DNA of 64,000 nt from Anthoceros angustus (Eukaryota > Plantae > Anthocerotophyta): assembly GCA_010909165.1 (NCBI GenBank), contig VJWM01000063.1, positions 1,488,001-1,552,000 on the forward strand, given 5' to 3'. The notes under the pieces were generated by a model that saw only the letters and a list, made by a program, of their open reading frames with translations, had not been told where the DNA came from and ran no database searches. Shown here piece after piece: positions 27,358 to 42,900 of the stretch (its first letter is position 1; every line of letters starts with the position of its first letter). The translations under genes and the position numbers were made by a program.

Positions 27358-30300
27358 GGTGTGAACTAGTCTTCACTAGGAAGTCTCATGAAAAGGAGCT
27401 TGAACATGAACTTGTAGCTAATTTAGAACAACTTTAACTGGACAATAATGTGAATAAGAGTGAAGCACACACACACACATATATAGACCATATCTAAAAT
27501 TATTTCTTGAACTTATCTCTTGGTATACAATTGATCTTGATACATATATGTACACATGCATGTATGCGCCCAGCTTGAATTAGTTATGAATATGGAAAAT
27601 GCCCATGCGCAGAGAAGCCACAGGCCTAATTTTTCTTAAGCTCAATGGGGCGACTCTTACTGCCTTGCACCTAATATTGTGAGCCTTTTCCAAACACAAG
27701 TTTGGTGATAAACACTACCCAAAAGTTTTAGTGTTTGAAGTTTGCCAAGGCATCATGAGCTCACATCCAAAGGTCCTTACCCAAGCCTCGCTACTATTTC
27801 TATAGACTATCCGCATGTTGGGCTTCCCTATTTTGATCATTGGCACGATCCTTTGCGGATATCATACCTACTAATAGCTACCAATATTTTACATTACATC
27901 ATGTTGTTACACAGTATGTACATCCTCATGCCATATGTGAGCTTCCAAGAAAATCTCGCTACCCTTATGACTCTTTTGAAGGTAAGCAATAGCTATGCTC
28001 TCCGACAATGTGGCGCATCACATAAAAGATGTGTGTCCTTCAAATCTTGGTTATCAGATTTAAGCTTAGTTTCCACATTGAAGGTTTGTGTTATTTTGAT
28101 AATACAGATTCAGATGCATATAGTGATAGACGACAAAGGAAATTGGCAATGAGGTGATTTTGCAATTCCTACCCTCGACTACACTCAACACACTTGAATC
28201 GCATGGCTCAACTGCTCTAAATAGAAAGGAATGTCGATGATGGTGGTATGATGTATCAATTTCCCATGTCCTCATTTTAAATGTCACAAACTTTCTAACG
28301 TTATTATGGATTTGGTCATAATGAGTCTTCATGTTGTAGAGGATTTGTTTGGGCATAAACACAAATCTTTATGATGCCTCACTGGTTAGATGTAAGCCCT
28401 AAAGGACGAATCTACTCAAATTGAGTGGTTGTCTCCGCGTTTTGGGCCTGTGTTTTTCCACATCCATTTTTACGCTTTTGAGCATATGTGCCTCGCAATG
28501 TGGAGAACATGTAGATTTTTAGAGACAAAACTAACACCATCTCCATGCCCAACGGTGAGCTTGAAGGGAGATTCTGAAGATGCAAAGGAACAAAGCCGGT
28601 ACATGCGTGAGGGCCCAGGCCATCACAATGGCCCTCTTCTTGAGCCTAGCTAGAGCCCTCGCTAGACCGTGGTCGATAAGGCCTCAACAAATGGACGCAC
28701 GGCAATATCCGGTCGAGTGCGTGTTGCCGCTTGTTTAGGTCTCGATCCTCGATGTGTTTTTAGAAATGGAGGTCACCGCATAGCTTAGTAGGACTAGCCC
28801 AATTTTTCTTTGGAAAATGTGATGGCCATAGTCTTGACTTCCAATTGTGCTCATTTTTGTGACAATGTCCATGGCCTTGCTAAGAATTGAACTGATGAAG
28901 TTTGCTCAACCCAAGTCCTTGTTTCTCTCGCCACAAGTGAAGATGTTTCGGCCTTGTGGACCTTGAAGGGTCAAAGGGCATTGAAATTTGTGAAATGTCA
29001 TATAAGGCATTGCCTTGTTTCAAAAGAGATGAGCGATACATGCAATCGCACGTGGTCATTGTGAGAGTGAGACGGGTAAACAGATTTTTTTAAAAAATAA
29101 AATATACATAAATACATGATATTCACCACGAATGCCGAAAATGGACTTCGCCCTTTAGGAGTTGAATTAAAGCCATGCCAAAGAGCATTTCAGTTCGTGA
29201 ACATTCAAAGCCCGGGTCGACAATCTTCCTAAGTACGTTGTCGACGGAGAAATGGGATCACAAGAATGCACCGCGATTGTAGAAGCATAAGGAGCCAAAG
29301 CAAAGATTCGAGTTGCGAGGCAACGAAGATGCGAGATTGCAAACATCGGCATCCGCCCATCGGTCCTCGAGCTCATCGGCTCGGACAACCGGTAGGTGGG
29401 AGAAATCTGCTCCACAAGGTGACATCGAATAGAATCACGCATGACAAGCATGGTCGTGAGTTTTGATCCAAGAAAATCTTGGCGTTCCGATCAAACCGAA
29501 GGGTGACTTCACCCGTGCACCCACCGTATGGTGCTAGACTTGATGGAAAGGAGGTCTTGCTCGGGTTGGATCCACCAAACCGATCGCACCGCAGATTCAA
29601 GACGATGTTGTGAGAACCAGCATTGATAAAGCTCAAGAACTACCACCGTTGGTTTCCAATCGGCGAACAACATTTGGTTGGATGTGGGATTGCTTGGGAT
29701 CCGCAGGTGAATCGAAGGTGATTGTGAAGCGGTGTCGACACGCCAGAAGTTGGGGTAGCCCAACTTCCGGATATGGGCGTAGCATGACGCGCCCTCACGC
29801 CGATGTCGTTGTCATGTGCTAGAGACCGTGGAACCCACAAGGACTGCTGCCCACTTTGTTGTAAAGACGTCGTTGTAGGTGTTGTCAACGACTAGTGCGC
29901 CAAATGTCGTGTTCAAGTCGATGCATTACCACTTCTATCCCATGTTGGAATGGCTAGCTTGCCAATGCCACGCAATACCCGAGGCCCACCATTTTTGTAA
30001 CTTCCAGTGGATGAAGAAACGAGCAAGCACAAGGCAAAATTTCAAAGGTCTAAGTGCTATGCCCGTAAAACATCTCTCATCCCACGATGGTGAGACCATT
30101 ATTGAAGCATTTGTTATGCTCTACAAGAGAAAATGATGCTCAGAACGCTCGTAATGAGGACATTTTAAGATTGATACATTATCGGACCACGATCATCCAA
30201 ATTCCATAAATTTTAATATAGAACATTCGACCCACTCGCAACATTCAAGTGCAACTCATTTTATGGAAACATTCAAGCACCCTTGCCCATCCAGGTCCAT

Positions 30301-31714
30301 AGACGGGCGCATAGGATCCTTGTGTGATGCTCCTCACTTTTTCATAGAGAAAGCCTTGTGCACACGGCACAAAGGGCCACTTGCCCAACAAAATGTCCAT
30401 ACATTTGCAACATTATGAATCTAGCTTTCAGCTCTAGTATCAAGCTTTGTCATGCTTAATCCATTGTGTCCGATTCTTACTAGAGGGAGGAGAAGGCGGA
30501 TTGTGCTTGTATGAACACATTATTCTTTGTGGGATGCAAGCATTTTAATGCAAGTCAAGCTCGCCACCATTCTCAGGGTCTCTACATGTTGGGCTTCTCT
30601 ATTTTGATCGTTGGCATGCTTCTTTCCGGATAGCATACCCGGATAGCTACTAGTGTTACATCGACATCATGGTGTTTCACGGTCGTTACAAAATGATGCG
30701 ATATGTGAGCTCACAAGAAAATCTTATGACTCATTTTCAAGGTAAGAGATAGTCCGCTTGGTGACTATGTCCCCATATTGTTACATCGACGTGTTGTCCT
30801 TGAGATCCTATCATTATCTTCTTTATATCTAAGTTTTGTGTTACTCGGTTGATTGTAACTACAGGATGCAAGTAAAACATTCAAGTTGAAGCTTTCCTGT
30901 TTTAAGGTTTAGCTTTAATTTTCCGTTTCTTTCTTTTACTTCCAAGCATATGTTGCGGGCCATTTGGTGGCTTAACTCACGCTCATACTCAAAGGCTTGG
31001 TGTTTGTTGCAAATGCTAGTAAGCTGCAGACATTGTGAGCACCGTGGTATGTCGCACCTTGTGTCGCGGCTTAATTTTGGTAATAAAAATAAATCGAACA
31101 TTGGGGGATTTTGCAAGGTTCTAATTCCCTTGAAAATATGTCTTCATCGGGCATGAACTAGCTCATGGTGTTTTTGGTGTTTTATTTAAAAGTTGACTCA
31201 CAAAGTTTCTATAGACGGTTAATCGAGTTAGAGGACAAAAGCCCTCCAAGGAATCACCCCTGCTGAAGTGCAAGATATCCCTCTACGTGATCATATGGTG
31301 CGAAACTTGCTTTCAATTAAGTTTAGACAAGAATGAACCCAACTTGAAGGAGAAGTTTTGAAAAATAGATTTGTCTACAAGAAATCCAACGTTTATGTGT
31401 GTTAAAGTGTAAGCAAGTTGTACACAAGTTTCATCTCAAACGAATGTATGATGTATTTATTTATTTTGGCCTACTATATTTTTTGTTAGGATAAATAAAA
31501 TAGATCAATCATAATTTATGATAGAAACTAGAAATACATCTACTGCTCAAGTATCGGTTTTTGATGATGTATATGAAAAGGCTAGAGCTTTGTCACCAAA
31601 TTACGTTGATTTAAAATCAAACAAATCGACATTACAACATTACTTTTTGTAAGCCCAAACAGTGGATGCAAATTAAGAAAAATAGCCCCTTTCTTCAGAT
31701 TACGGATAATCTGG

Positions 31715-33627
31715 TTAATAACCAGGCCACCAAAACATCCAAGTACCTCCGCTAAACAATCACTACCTTCATTATCATAAAAGATTTTGTAGTCATATTG
31801 TTGAGGATCCGTTGTTAAGAAGTATAGGCCTTTTGCATCACGTGGGATGAGATTATTATGCCCATCGGCCACTATAGTGTGCATTGCGCCCATGTGGGCT
31901 GGTACATCATTTACTCCACATGCCGCTTGGTCCGGTCGGCGAACCAAATCGTCCATTCCCCATCACTACGTGGACTGGACTTCCCATTAGTGTTTCACCT
32001 CCCATTGCAAGAGCAAGCCCATCTCAAAAGACCTTCAGATAGATATTATTTGGCCAATAACCTACTATGCCCTCGATATCTGACCACACATCCGCAGGTG
32101 GCACTAGCTCAGATACAAATCAACCCAATTTGTAAATAGGGTGAATGAACTTGCCACATTGGACAAATACATTAAAAACTATTCAAAGCTCTTGAAATAA
32201 AGAAGAATAGAATGATATAGTTATATATCACGATACCTTGTTAATGCCAAGAGCATGCTTGTGCCATCATACCATCACAAAACCACCACCAAGGACATAG
32301 GTTGCATCGGTTTGAATAAATCCAGGGCATTGTAGATTGAAGCATCCTGTTGTTTGATAATTATCGATTAACACACAACACTTTATATTAGCTACGAAGT
32401 TTGAACTAACATGCATTACTAGTGAAGGAATGTTGCTTTCCATAGGAATCACTTCATCGTCAATAAAATAAACAAATGAGGTTGTGCATCCGAAAACATT
32501 AATGGTTCCACTATTTTTGAAGAAACAAGAAATTTCAAATGTTAGGTGCCTTCCACCAAAACGTTATTATATTTTCTTGGATTATAAAACTCTTTTGAGA
32601 TTTGATTGATATGTTTATAATACTATAACATAAAGCAACATACTTACAATCCACCACTTCACCAGACATAAGTTATTATTGCCTCGATGCTATAACCCAA
32701 ATTTGCGAGATTGTACCATCTTGGTTTGTCATATCGACTTGAGGATTCCAAAGACTAATCGCTCCACCTCCATTCCACTTTCCCGGACTTGAAGCAACGA
32801 CATACCCATTTTATATCTACATATGTTAATGAATCTTGCATGCTTGTGTAATGATTTAACAATAGCTTCATGCTTGCTACATTGATCTATCTAGTTCTCA
32901 TTATCATGAGGACTTCATGGTTTGAGGTACTTACATGATGCGTGACCGATTGAACTTGGCCTAGAGCTCTTTTTGCGGCTTCGTATTTACTTTGTGCACG
33001 TTATCTCCTTTGCTTGCACGTAGAATAGGTATAGTACCTTCGGACACGAACCAACTTCATGTTGATAGAGCGTTTGTTGCAAGAACATAGTTGTGATTCG
33101 CCTTTTGAGTTGATGTTGATGGTTTCTACGTACGTGGAGCTATTTTAGATCTTGAGCATCAAATGAAGACAAAGTATGCTAATGTTATAGTTACATCCGC
33201 TTGAAATGAAAGCCATAACGAAAGCACACTTACTTGAATCACATGATCCTTAAAGCGTGGATCTCGTAGTGTTAGTTGGTGCTCAATCTTCACGCAATCT
33301 ACTATCGAACCATCCGGTCGGAATCAATTCAAACATAAAAATAGCGAGCTTTAAGATACTAATGCAAAGAATGGTCAAGCCTAAAAAAAAACCTTAGAAC
33401 CTTTAGTTAATATGAATAAAAATTCCCAATCAACAAGAATTGGGGAATCGATTTAAAATCTCACAAATTAAAGGAAAGTAAAAACATACGTTGTGTGTTT
33501 GGACAAATGGCAATGTACCATCTTTTGAAATAAAGCTTTCCTTTGTGCCTCAACCAACGCTTTTGCTTCCATAGCTAAAAAGGAACAAGAAGCTTGCCAA
33601 TAGTAGGATTAGCCAAGTGTTAGACAT
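31715..33627 (-). CDS. Neprosin-family peptidase precursor, copy 6 (apparent indels)
   Basis: ORF fragments DNYQTTGCFNLQCPGFIQT and HTIVADGHNNLIPRDAKGLYFLTTDPQQYDY. Confidence 0.85.
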
Positions 33628-36600
33628 GGTGTGGAACTAGTCTTCACTAGGAAGTCTCAAAGAAAAGGAGCTTGAACATGAACTTGTAGCTAATTTAGAA
33701 CAACTTTAACTCGGACAATAATGTGAATAAGAGTGAAGCACACACACACACATATATAGACCATATCTAAAATTATTTCTTGAACTTATCTCTTGGTATA
33801 CAATTGATCTTGATACATATATGTACACATGCATGTATGCGCAGATTCTTGAATTAGTTATGGATACAGGAAAATGCCCATGTGCAGAAGCTCAGCCGAT
33901 TTTCTCTTAAGCTCGAATGGGCCAGCTCTTGCGACTAGGCTGTTGCAATTCAGCTAATATTGTGAAGCGCTTTTCCCTCTAAGTTTGGTGATAAAACACT
34001 ACCCAAAAGTTTTAGTGTTTGAAGTTTGCCAAGGCATCATGAGCTCATCATATCCAAAGGTCCTTACCCAAGCCTGCTACCATTTCTATAGACTATCGCA
34101 TGTTGGGCTTCCCTATTTTGATCATTGGCACGATCCTTTGCGGACATCATACCGCTAATAGCTACCAATATTTTACATTACATCATGGTGTTGCAATGTA
34201 TGTACATTCTCATGCCATATGTGAGCTTCCAAGAAAATCTCGTTACCCTTATGACCCTTTTTGAAGGTAAGCAATAGCTATGCTCTCCGGCCGACAATGT
34301 GGCGCATCACATTGATGTGTGTCCTTCAAATCTTACACGATGTTAGTTTCCACATTGAAGGTTTGTGTTATTTTGATAATACAAGATCGGCATGCATATA
34401 GTGTGATAGACGACAAAGGAAATTGGCAATGAGGTGATTTTGCAATTCCTACCTCGGACTCGACACTCAACACACTTGAATGCTTGCTCAACCGTTCTCA
34501 ATTGGAATGGAATGTCGATGATGGTGGTATGATGTATCAATTTCCCATGTCCTCATTTTAAATGTCACAAACTTTCTAACGTTATTATGGATTTGGTCAT
34601 AATGAGTCTTCATGTTGTAGAGGATTTGTTTGGGCATAAACACAAATCTTTATGACGGTCTCACTGCTGGTTAGATGTAAGCCCTAAAGGACGAATCTAC
34701 TCAAATTGAGTGGTTGTCATGCGTTTTGGGCCTGTGTTTTTCCATCCATTTTTACGTCGGACCTTTGAGCATATGTGCCTCGCAATGTGGAGAACATGTA
34801 GATTTTTAGAGCGGACAAAGCGAACACCATCTCCATGCCCAACGGTGAGCTTGAAGGGAGATTCAGAAGATGCAAGTGGAACAAAGCGGTACATGCTGGA
34901 GGCCCAAAATCATCTTCCCTCTTTCGAGCCAGCTAGCTAGCCCTCGCTAGACCGTGGTCGATAAGGCCTCAACAACTTGATGACGCCGGCAATATCCGGT
35001 CGTGCAGGTGCGTGTTGCCGCTTGTTTAGGTCGATCCGATGTGTTTTTAGAAATGGAGGTCATGATAGCTTAGTAGGACTAGCCCAATTTTTCTTTGGAA
35101 AATGTGATGGCCATGCTCTTGACTTTCAATTGTGCTCATTTTTGTGACAATGTCCATGGCCTTGCTAAGAATTCAATCCGTGATGAAGTTTGCTCAACCC
35201 AAGTCCTTGTCATTCTGCGCCACAAGTGAGGATGTTTCGTGGCCTTGTGACCTGAAGGGTCAAAGGGCATTGGAAATTTGTGGAAAATGTCATATAAGGC
35301 ATTGCCTTGTTTCAAAAGAGATGAGCGTATACATGCAATCGTACGTGGTCATTGTGAGAGTGAGACCGTGGGTAAAGATTTTTTAAAAATAAAATATACA
35401 TAAATACATGATATTCACCGAATGCGAAAATGGACTTAGTCCTTTAGGAGTTGAATTCAAGCTGCATGCCAAAGAGCATTTCAGTTCGTGAACATTCAAA
35501 GCCCGGGCATGACAATCTTCCTAAGTACGTTGTCGACGGAGAAATGGGATCACAAAGAATGCAACACGCGATTGCGTAGAAGCATAAGGAGCCAAAGCAA
35601 AGATTCGAGTTGCCGAGGCAACGAAGATGCGGAGATTGCAAACATCGGCATCCGGGCCCACCGTCCTCGAGCTCATCGGCCTTGCACCAACCGGTAGGTG
35701 GAGAAATCATTCCACAAGGTGACATCGGAATAGAATCACGCATGACAAGCATGGTCGTGAGTTTTGATCCAAGAAAATCTTGGCGGTGCGTGTCATCAAG
35801 CGAAGGGTGATTTCGACCCGGGCACCCAGGTATGGTGCTAGACTTGATGGAAAGGAGGTCTTGCTCGGGTTGGATCCACCAAACCGATCGCATCGATTGA
35901 CGCGTTGTGAGAACCAAGATTGATAAAGCTCAAGAACTACCTTTTTGGCCTCCAATCGGCGAACAACATTTGGTTGGATGTGGGATTGCTTGGGATCCGC
36001 AGGTGAATCGAAGGTGATTGTGAAGTCGGTGTCGTACAAGCCGCACACAAGAAGTTAGCCCAACTCCGGAATATAGATGACGCGCGCCGGGCCGGTTGAT
36101 GTCATGTGCTAGAGAGACCGTGGAACCCACAAGGGGTGTGCTGCCCACTTTGTTGTAAAGACGCTGTAGGTGTTGTCAAACGACTAGTGCGCCGCCCGGT
36201 CGTGTTCAAGTCGATGCATTACCACTTCTATCCCATGTTGGAATGGCTAGCTTGCCAATGCCACGCAATACCCGAGGCCCACCATTGTAACTTCCAGTGG
36301 ATGAAGAAACGCAAGCACAAGGCAAAATTTCAAAGGTCTAAGTGCTATGCCCGTAAAACATCTCTCATCCCACGATGGTGAGACCATTATTGAAGCATTT
36401 GTTATGCTCTAGTGAGAAAATGATGCTCAGAACGTTAATGAGGACATTTTAAGATTGATACATTATCACTACCATCATCCAAATTCCATAAATTTTAATA
36501 TAGAACATTCGACCCACTCGCAACATTCAAGTGCAACTGGATTTTGGAAACATTCAAGCACAAGCAATCTTGCCCATCCAGGTCCATAGATAGCGCATAG

Positions 36601-38000
36601 GATCCTTGTGTGATGCTCCTCACTTTTTCATAGAGAAAGCAGCACACGGCACAAAGGGCCACTTGCCCAACAAAATGTCCATACATTTGCAACATTATGA
36701 ATCTAGCTTTCAGCTCTAGTATCAAGCTTTGTCATGCTTAATCCATTGTGTCCGATTCTTACTAGAGGGAGGAGAAGGTGCGGATTGTGCTTGTATGAAC
36801 ACATTATTGTCGTGGACCAAGCATTTTAATGCAAGCCCGCCACCATTCTAGGGTCTCTACATGTTGGGCTTCTCTATTTTGATCGTTGGCATGCTTCTTT
36901 CCGGATAGCATATCCGATAGCTACTAGTGTTACATCGACATCATGGTGTTTCACGTCCGGTGTTACAAAATGATGCGATATGTGAGCTCACAAGAAAATC
37001 TTATGACTCATTTTCAAGGTAAGAGATAGTCGCTCTTGGCGACTATGTCCCCACATATTATTACGACGTGTTGTCCTTCGAGATCCTAGTTCTATCTTCT
37101 TTATATCTAAGTTTTGTGTTACTCGGTTGATTGTAACTTAGGTGATGCAAGCAAAACATTCAAGTTGAAGCTTTCCGCTTTTAAGGTTTAGCTTTAATTT
37201 TCCGCTTTCTTTTACCTAAGCATATGTTGCAGGTGCCATTTGGTGGCTTAACTCACGCTCATACTCAAAGGCTTGGTGTTTTGGTGTTTGTTGCAAATGC
37301 TAGTAAGTCAGACATGTGGAGCAATCTAGGTACGTCGCACCTTGTAAGTCGGCGGCTTAATTTTGGTAATAAAAATAAATCGAACATTGGGGATTTTGCA
37401 AGGTTCTAATTCCTTAAAAATATGTCTTCATCGGGCATGAACCAAAACATATGGTGTTTTGGTGTTTTATTTAAAAGTTGACTCACAAAGTTTCTATAGC
37501 TATGACCGGGTTAGAGGACAAAAGCCCTCCAAGGAATCATCCGTTCAAGTGCAAGATATCCCTCTACGTGATCATATGGTGCGAAACTTGCTTTCAATTA
37601 AGTTTAGACAAGAATGAACCTGTAACTTGAAGGAGAAGTTTTGAAAAATAGATTTTGTCTACAAGAAAATCCAACGTTTATGTGTGTTAAAGTGTAAGCA
37701 AGTTGTACACAAGTTTCATCTCAAACGAATGGATGTATTTATTTATTTTGGCCTACTATATTTTTTGTTAGGATAAATAAAAATAGATCAATCATAATTT
37801 ATGATAGAAACTAGAAATACATCTACTGCTCAAGTATCGGTTTTTGATGATGTATATGAAAAGGCTATAGCTTTGTCACCAAATTACGTTGATTTAAAAT
37901 CAAACAAATCGACATTACAACATTACTTTTTGTAAGCCCAAACAGTGGATGCAAATTAAGAAAAAATAGCCCCTTTCTTCGTGGATTACGGATAATCTGG

Positions 38001-39927
38001 TTAATAACCAGGCCACCAAAAACATCCAAGTACCTCCGCTAAACAATCACTACCTTCATTATCATAAAAGATTTTGTAGTCATATTGTTGAGGATCCGTT
38101 CAGAAGTATAGGCCTTTTGCATCACGTGGGATGAGATTATTATGCCCATCGGCCACTATAGTGTGCATTGCAGCCATGTGGGCTGGTACATCATTTACTC
38201 CACATGTTCTGGTCCCGCGGTCAGAACCAAATCGCCCATTCCCCATCACTACGCAGGACCGTGGACTTCCCATTAGTGTTTCACCTCCCATTGCATTTGA
38301 GCAAGCCCATCTCGCAAAAGACCTTCAGATAGATATTATTTGGCCAATAACCTACTATGCCCTCGATATATACCCACACATCTGCGTGGCACTAGCTATC
38401 ACAAATCAACCCAATTTGTAAATAGGGTGAATGAACTTGCCACATTGGACAAATACATTAAAAACTATTCAAAGCTCTTGAAATAAAGAAGAATAGAATG
38501 ATATAGTTATATATCACGATACCTTGTTAATGCCAAGAGCATGCTTGTGCCATCATAATTACCACAAAACCACCACCAAGGACATAGGTTGCATCGGTTT
38601 GAATAAATCCGAGGCATTGTAGATTGAAGCATCCTGTTGTTTGATAATTATCAATCGTATTAACACACAACACTTTATATTAGCTACGAAGTTTTGAACT
38701 AACATGCATTACTAGTGAAGGAATGTTGCTTTCCATAGGAATCACTTCATCCAATAAAATAAACAAATGAGGTTGTGCATCCGAAAACATTAATGGTTCC
38801 ACCTATTTTTTGAAGAAACAAGAAATTTCAAATGTTAGGTGCCTTCCACCAAAACGTTATTATATTTTCTTGGATTATAAAACTCTTTTGAGATTTGATT
38901 GATATGTTTATAATACTATAACATAAAGCAACATACTTACAATCCACCCCACTCAGCCAGTTACGGTTATTATTGCAGATGCTATAACCCAAATTTGCGA
39001 GATTGTACCATCTTGGTTTGTCATATCGACGAGGATTCCAAAGACTAATACGCTTCCACCTCCATTCCACTTTCTCGGACTTGAAGCAACGACATACCGC
39101 ATTTTATATCTACATATGTTAATGAATCTTGCATGCTTGTGTAATGATTTAACAATAGCTTCATGCTTGCTACATTGATCTATCTAGTTCTCATTATCAT
39201 GAGGACTTCATGGTTTGAGGTACTTACATGATGCGTGACCGATTGAACTTGGCCTAGAGCTCTTTTTGCGGCTCAGATTTACTTTGTGCACGTTATCTCC
39301 TTTGCTTGCACGTAGAATAGGTATAGTACCTTCCGGACACGAACCAACTTCATGTTGATAGCCGATCGGCCTCGTGTTGCGAATAGTTGTGATTCGCCTT
39401 TTGAGTTGATGTTGATGGTTTCAGAGTACGTGGAGCTATTTTAGATCTTGAGCATCAAATGAAGACAAAGTATGCTAATGTTATAGTTACATCCGTTTGA
39501 AATGAAAGCCATAACGAAAGCACACTTACTTGAATCACATGATCCCAAAGCGTGGATCTCGTGGTGTTAGTTGGTGCTCAATCTTCACGCAATCTACTAT
39601 CGAACCATCCGTAAGTCGGAATCAATTCAAACATAAAAATAGCGAGTCGGTTTAAGATACTAATGCAAAGAATGGTCAAGCCTAAAAAAAAACCTTAGAA
39701 CCTTTAGTTAATATGAATAAAAATTCCCAATCAACAAGAATTGGGGAATCGATTTAAAATCTCACAAATTAAAGGAAAGTAAAAACATACGTTGTGTGTT
39801 TGGACAAATGGCAATGTACCATCTTTTGAAATAAAAGCTTTCCTTTGTGCCTCAACCAACGCTTTGCTTCCATAGCTAAAAGGAACAAGAAGCTTGCCAA
39901 TAGTAGGATTAGCCAAGTGTTAGACAT
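38001..39927 (-). CDS. Neprosin-family peptidase precursor, copy 7 (apparent indels)
   Basis: ORF fragments GGETLMGSP..VVMGNGRF and ISLWNP; same exon layout as copy 1. Confidence 0.85.
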
Positions 39928-42900
39928 GGTGTGAACTAGTCTTCACTAGGAAGTCTCACAAAGGAGCTTGAACATGAACTTGTAGCTAATTTAGAACAAC
40001 TTTAACTCCGGACAATAATGTGAATAAGAGTGAAGCACACACACACACATATATAGACCATATCTAAAATTATTTCTTGAACTTATCTCTTGGTATACAA
40101 TTGATCTTGATACATATATGTACACATGCATGTAGTTGATTCTTTGAATTAGTTATGGATACAGGAAAATGCGTAGAGCTCAGCCCGATTTTTCTCTTAA
40201 GCTTGAATGTAGCTCTTGCGACTAGGCTGTTTGCAATTCAGCTAATATTGTGAAGCGCTTTTAAAACACAAGTTTGGTGATAAAACACTACCCAAAAGTT
40301 TTAGTGTTTGAAGTTTGCCAAGGCATCATGAGCTCATCATATCCAAAGGTCCTTACCCAAGCCTGCTACCATTTCTATAGACTATCCGCATGTTGGGCTT
40401 CCCTATTTTGATCATTGGCACGATCCTTTGCGGACATCATACCGCTAATAGCTACCAATATTTTACATTACATCATGGTAATGATGTACATTCTCATGCC
40501 ATATGTGAGCTTCCAAGAAAATCTCATACCCTTATGACCCTTTTGAAGGTAAGCAATAGCTATGCTCTCCGGCCGACAATGTGGCGCAAATGTGATGTGT
40601 GTCCTTGAAATCTTGGTTCTGTATTTAAGCTTAGTTTCCACATTGAAGGTTTGTGTTATTTTGATAATACAAGATTATCTGGCATGCATATAGTGTGATA
40701 GGCGACAAAGGAAATTGGCAATGAGGTGATTTTTGCAATTCCTACCTCGGACTCGACACTCAACACACTTGAATGCCGCACTGGCTCAATCGTTCTCAAT
40801 TGGAGTGGAATGTCGATGATGGTGGTATGATGTATCAATTTCCCATGTCCTCATTTTAAATGTCACAAACTTTCTAACGTTATTATGGATTTGGTCATAA
40901 TGAGTCTTCATGTTGTAGAGGATTTGTTTGGGCATAAACACAAATCTTTATGATCTCACGTGGTTAGATGTAAGCCTAAAGGACGAATCTACTCAAATTG
41001 AGTGGTTGTCATGCGTTTTGGGCCCTGTGTTTTTCCACATCCATTTTTACGTCGGACCTTTGAGCATATGTGCCTGCAATGTGGAGAACATGTAGATTTT
41101 AGAGCGGACAAAGCGAACACCATCTCCATGCCCAGCGGTGAGCTTGAAGGGAGATTCTGTAAGATGCACGTGGAACAAAGCCGGGTACATGCTGAGGGCC
41201 CCATCACAATGGCCTCTTCTTGAGCGTCTAGCTAGAGCCCTCGCTAGACCGTGGTCGATAAGGCCTCAACATGGCCTTGCAGGCAATATCCGGTCGCCAA
41301 AGGTGCGTGTTGCCGATTGTTTAGGTCGATCCGATGTGTTTTTAGAAATGGAGGTCAAGCAGATAGCTTAGTAGGACTAGCCCAATTTTTCTTTGGAAAA
41401 TGTGATGGCCATGCTCTTGACTTTCAATTGTGCTCATTTTTGTGACAATGTCCATGGCCTTGCTAAGAATTCGAATCCGTGATGAAGTTTGCTCAACCCA
41501 AGTCCTTGTCATTCTGCCACAAGTGAGGATGTCGGGCCTTGTGACCTGAAGGGTCAAAGGGCATTGGAAATTTGTGGAAATGTCATATAAGGCATTGCCT
41601 TGTTTCAAAAGAGATGAGCGTATACATGCAATCTGCACGTGGTCATTGTGAGAGTGAGACCGGTAAACAGATTTTTTAAAAATAAAATATACATAAATAC
41701 ATGATATTCACAGATGCGGAAAATGGACTTCGTCCTTAGGAGTTGAATTCGCAAGCCGCATGCCAAAGAGCATTTCCAGTTCGTGAACATTCAAAGCCCG
41801 GCCGCACAATCTTCCTAAGTACGTTGTCTGAAACGGGATCACAAAGAATGCAACGATTTTATTGCGATTGTAGAAGCATAAGGAGCCAAAGCAAAGATTC
41901 GAGTTGCCGAGGCAACGAAGATGCGAGATTGCAAACATCGGCATCACCACCGGTCCTCGAGCTCATCGGCCTTGCGACCGGTAGGTGGAGAACATCGCCC
42001 ACAAGGTGACATCGGAATAGAATCACGCATGACAAGCATGGTCGTGAGTTTTGATCCAAGAAAATCTTGGCGATGCGTCGATCAAAGCGAAGGGTGACTT
42101 GACCCGTGCACCCAATGGGTATGGTGCTAGACTTGATGGTGGAGGTCTTGCTCGGGTTGGATCCACCAAACCGGATCGCAGATTCAGCGATGTTGTGAGA
42201 ACCAGCATTGATAAAGCTCAAGAACTACCATCGTTTGGCCTCCAACCCGAACAACATTTGGTTGGATGTGGGATTGCTTGGGATCCGCAGGTGAATCGAA
42301 GGTGATTGTGAAGTCGGTGTCGTACAAGCGCCGCAAGTTAGGGGTAGCCCAACTCCTGATATGGCGTAGCATGATGCGCGCCCTCGCTGCCGATGTCGTT
42401 GTCATGCTGCTAGAGAGACCGTGGAACCCACAAGGACTACCGCTGCCCACTTTGTTGTAAAGACGCGTCGTAGGTGTTGTCAAACGACTAGTCGCTCGTG
42501 GTCGTGTTCAAGTCGATGCATTACCACTTCTATCCCATGTTGGAATGGCTAGCTTGCCAATGCCACGCAATGAGGCCCACCAGCCCTTGTAACTTCCAGC
42601 CGGATGAAGAAACGAAAGCACAAGGCAAAATTTCAAAGGTCTAAGTGCTATGCCCGTAAAACATCTCTCATCCCACGATGGTGAGACCATTATTGAAGCA
42701 TTTGTTATGCTCTACAAGAGAAAATGATGCTCGAACGCCTGAATGAGGACATTTTAAGATTGATACATTATCGACCACGATCATCCAAATTCCATAAATT
42801 TTAATATAGAACATTCGACCCACTCGCAACATTCAAGTGCAACCTTCGATTTTATGGAAACATTCAAGCACAAGCAATCTTGCCCATCCAGGTCCATAGG

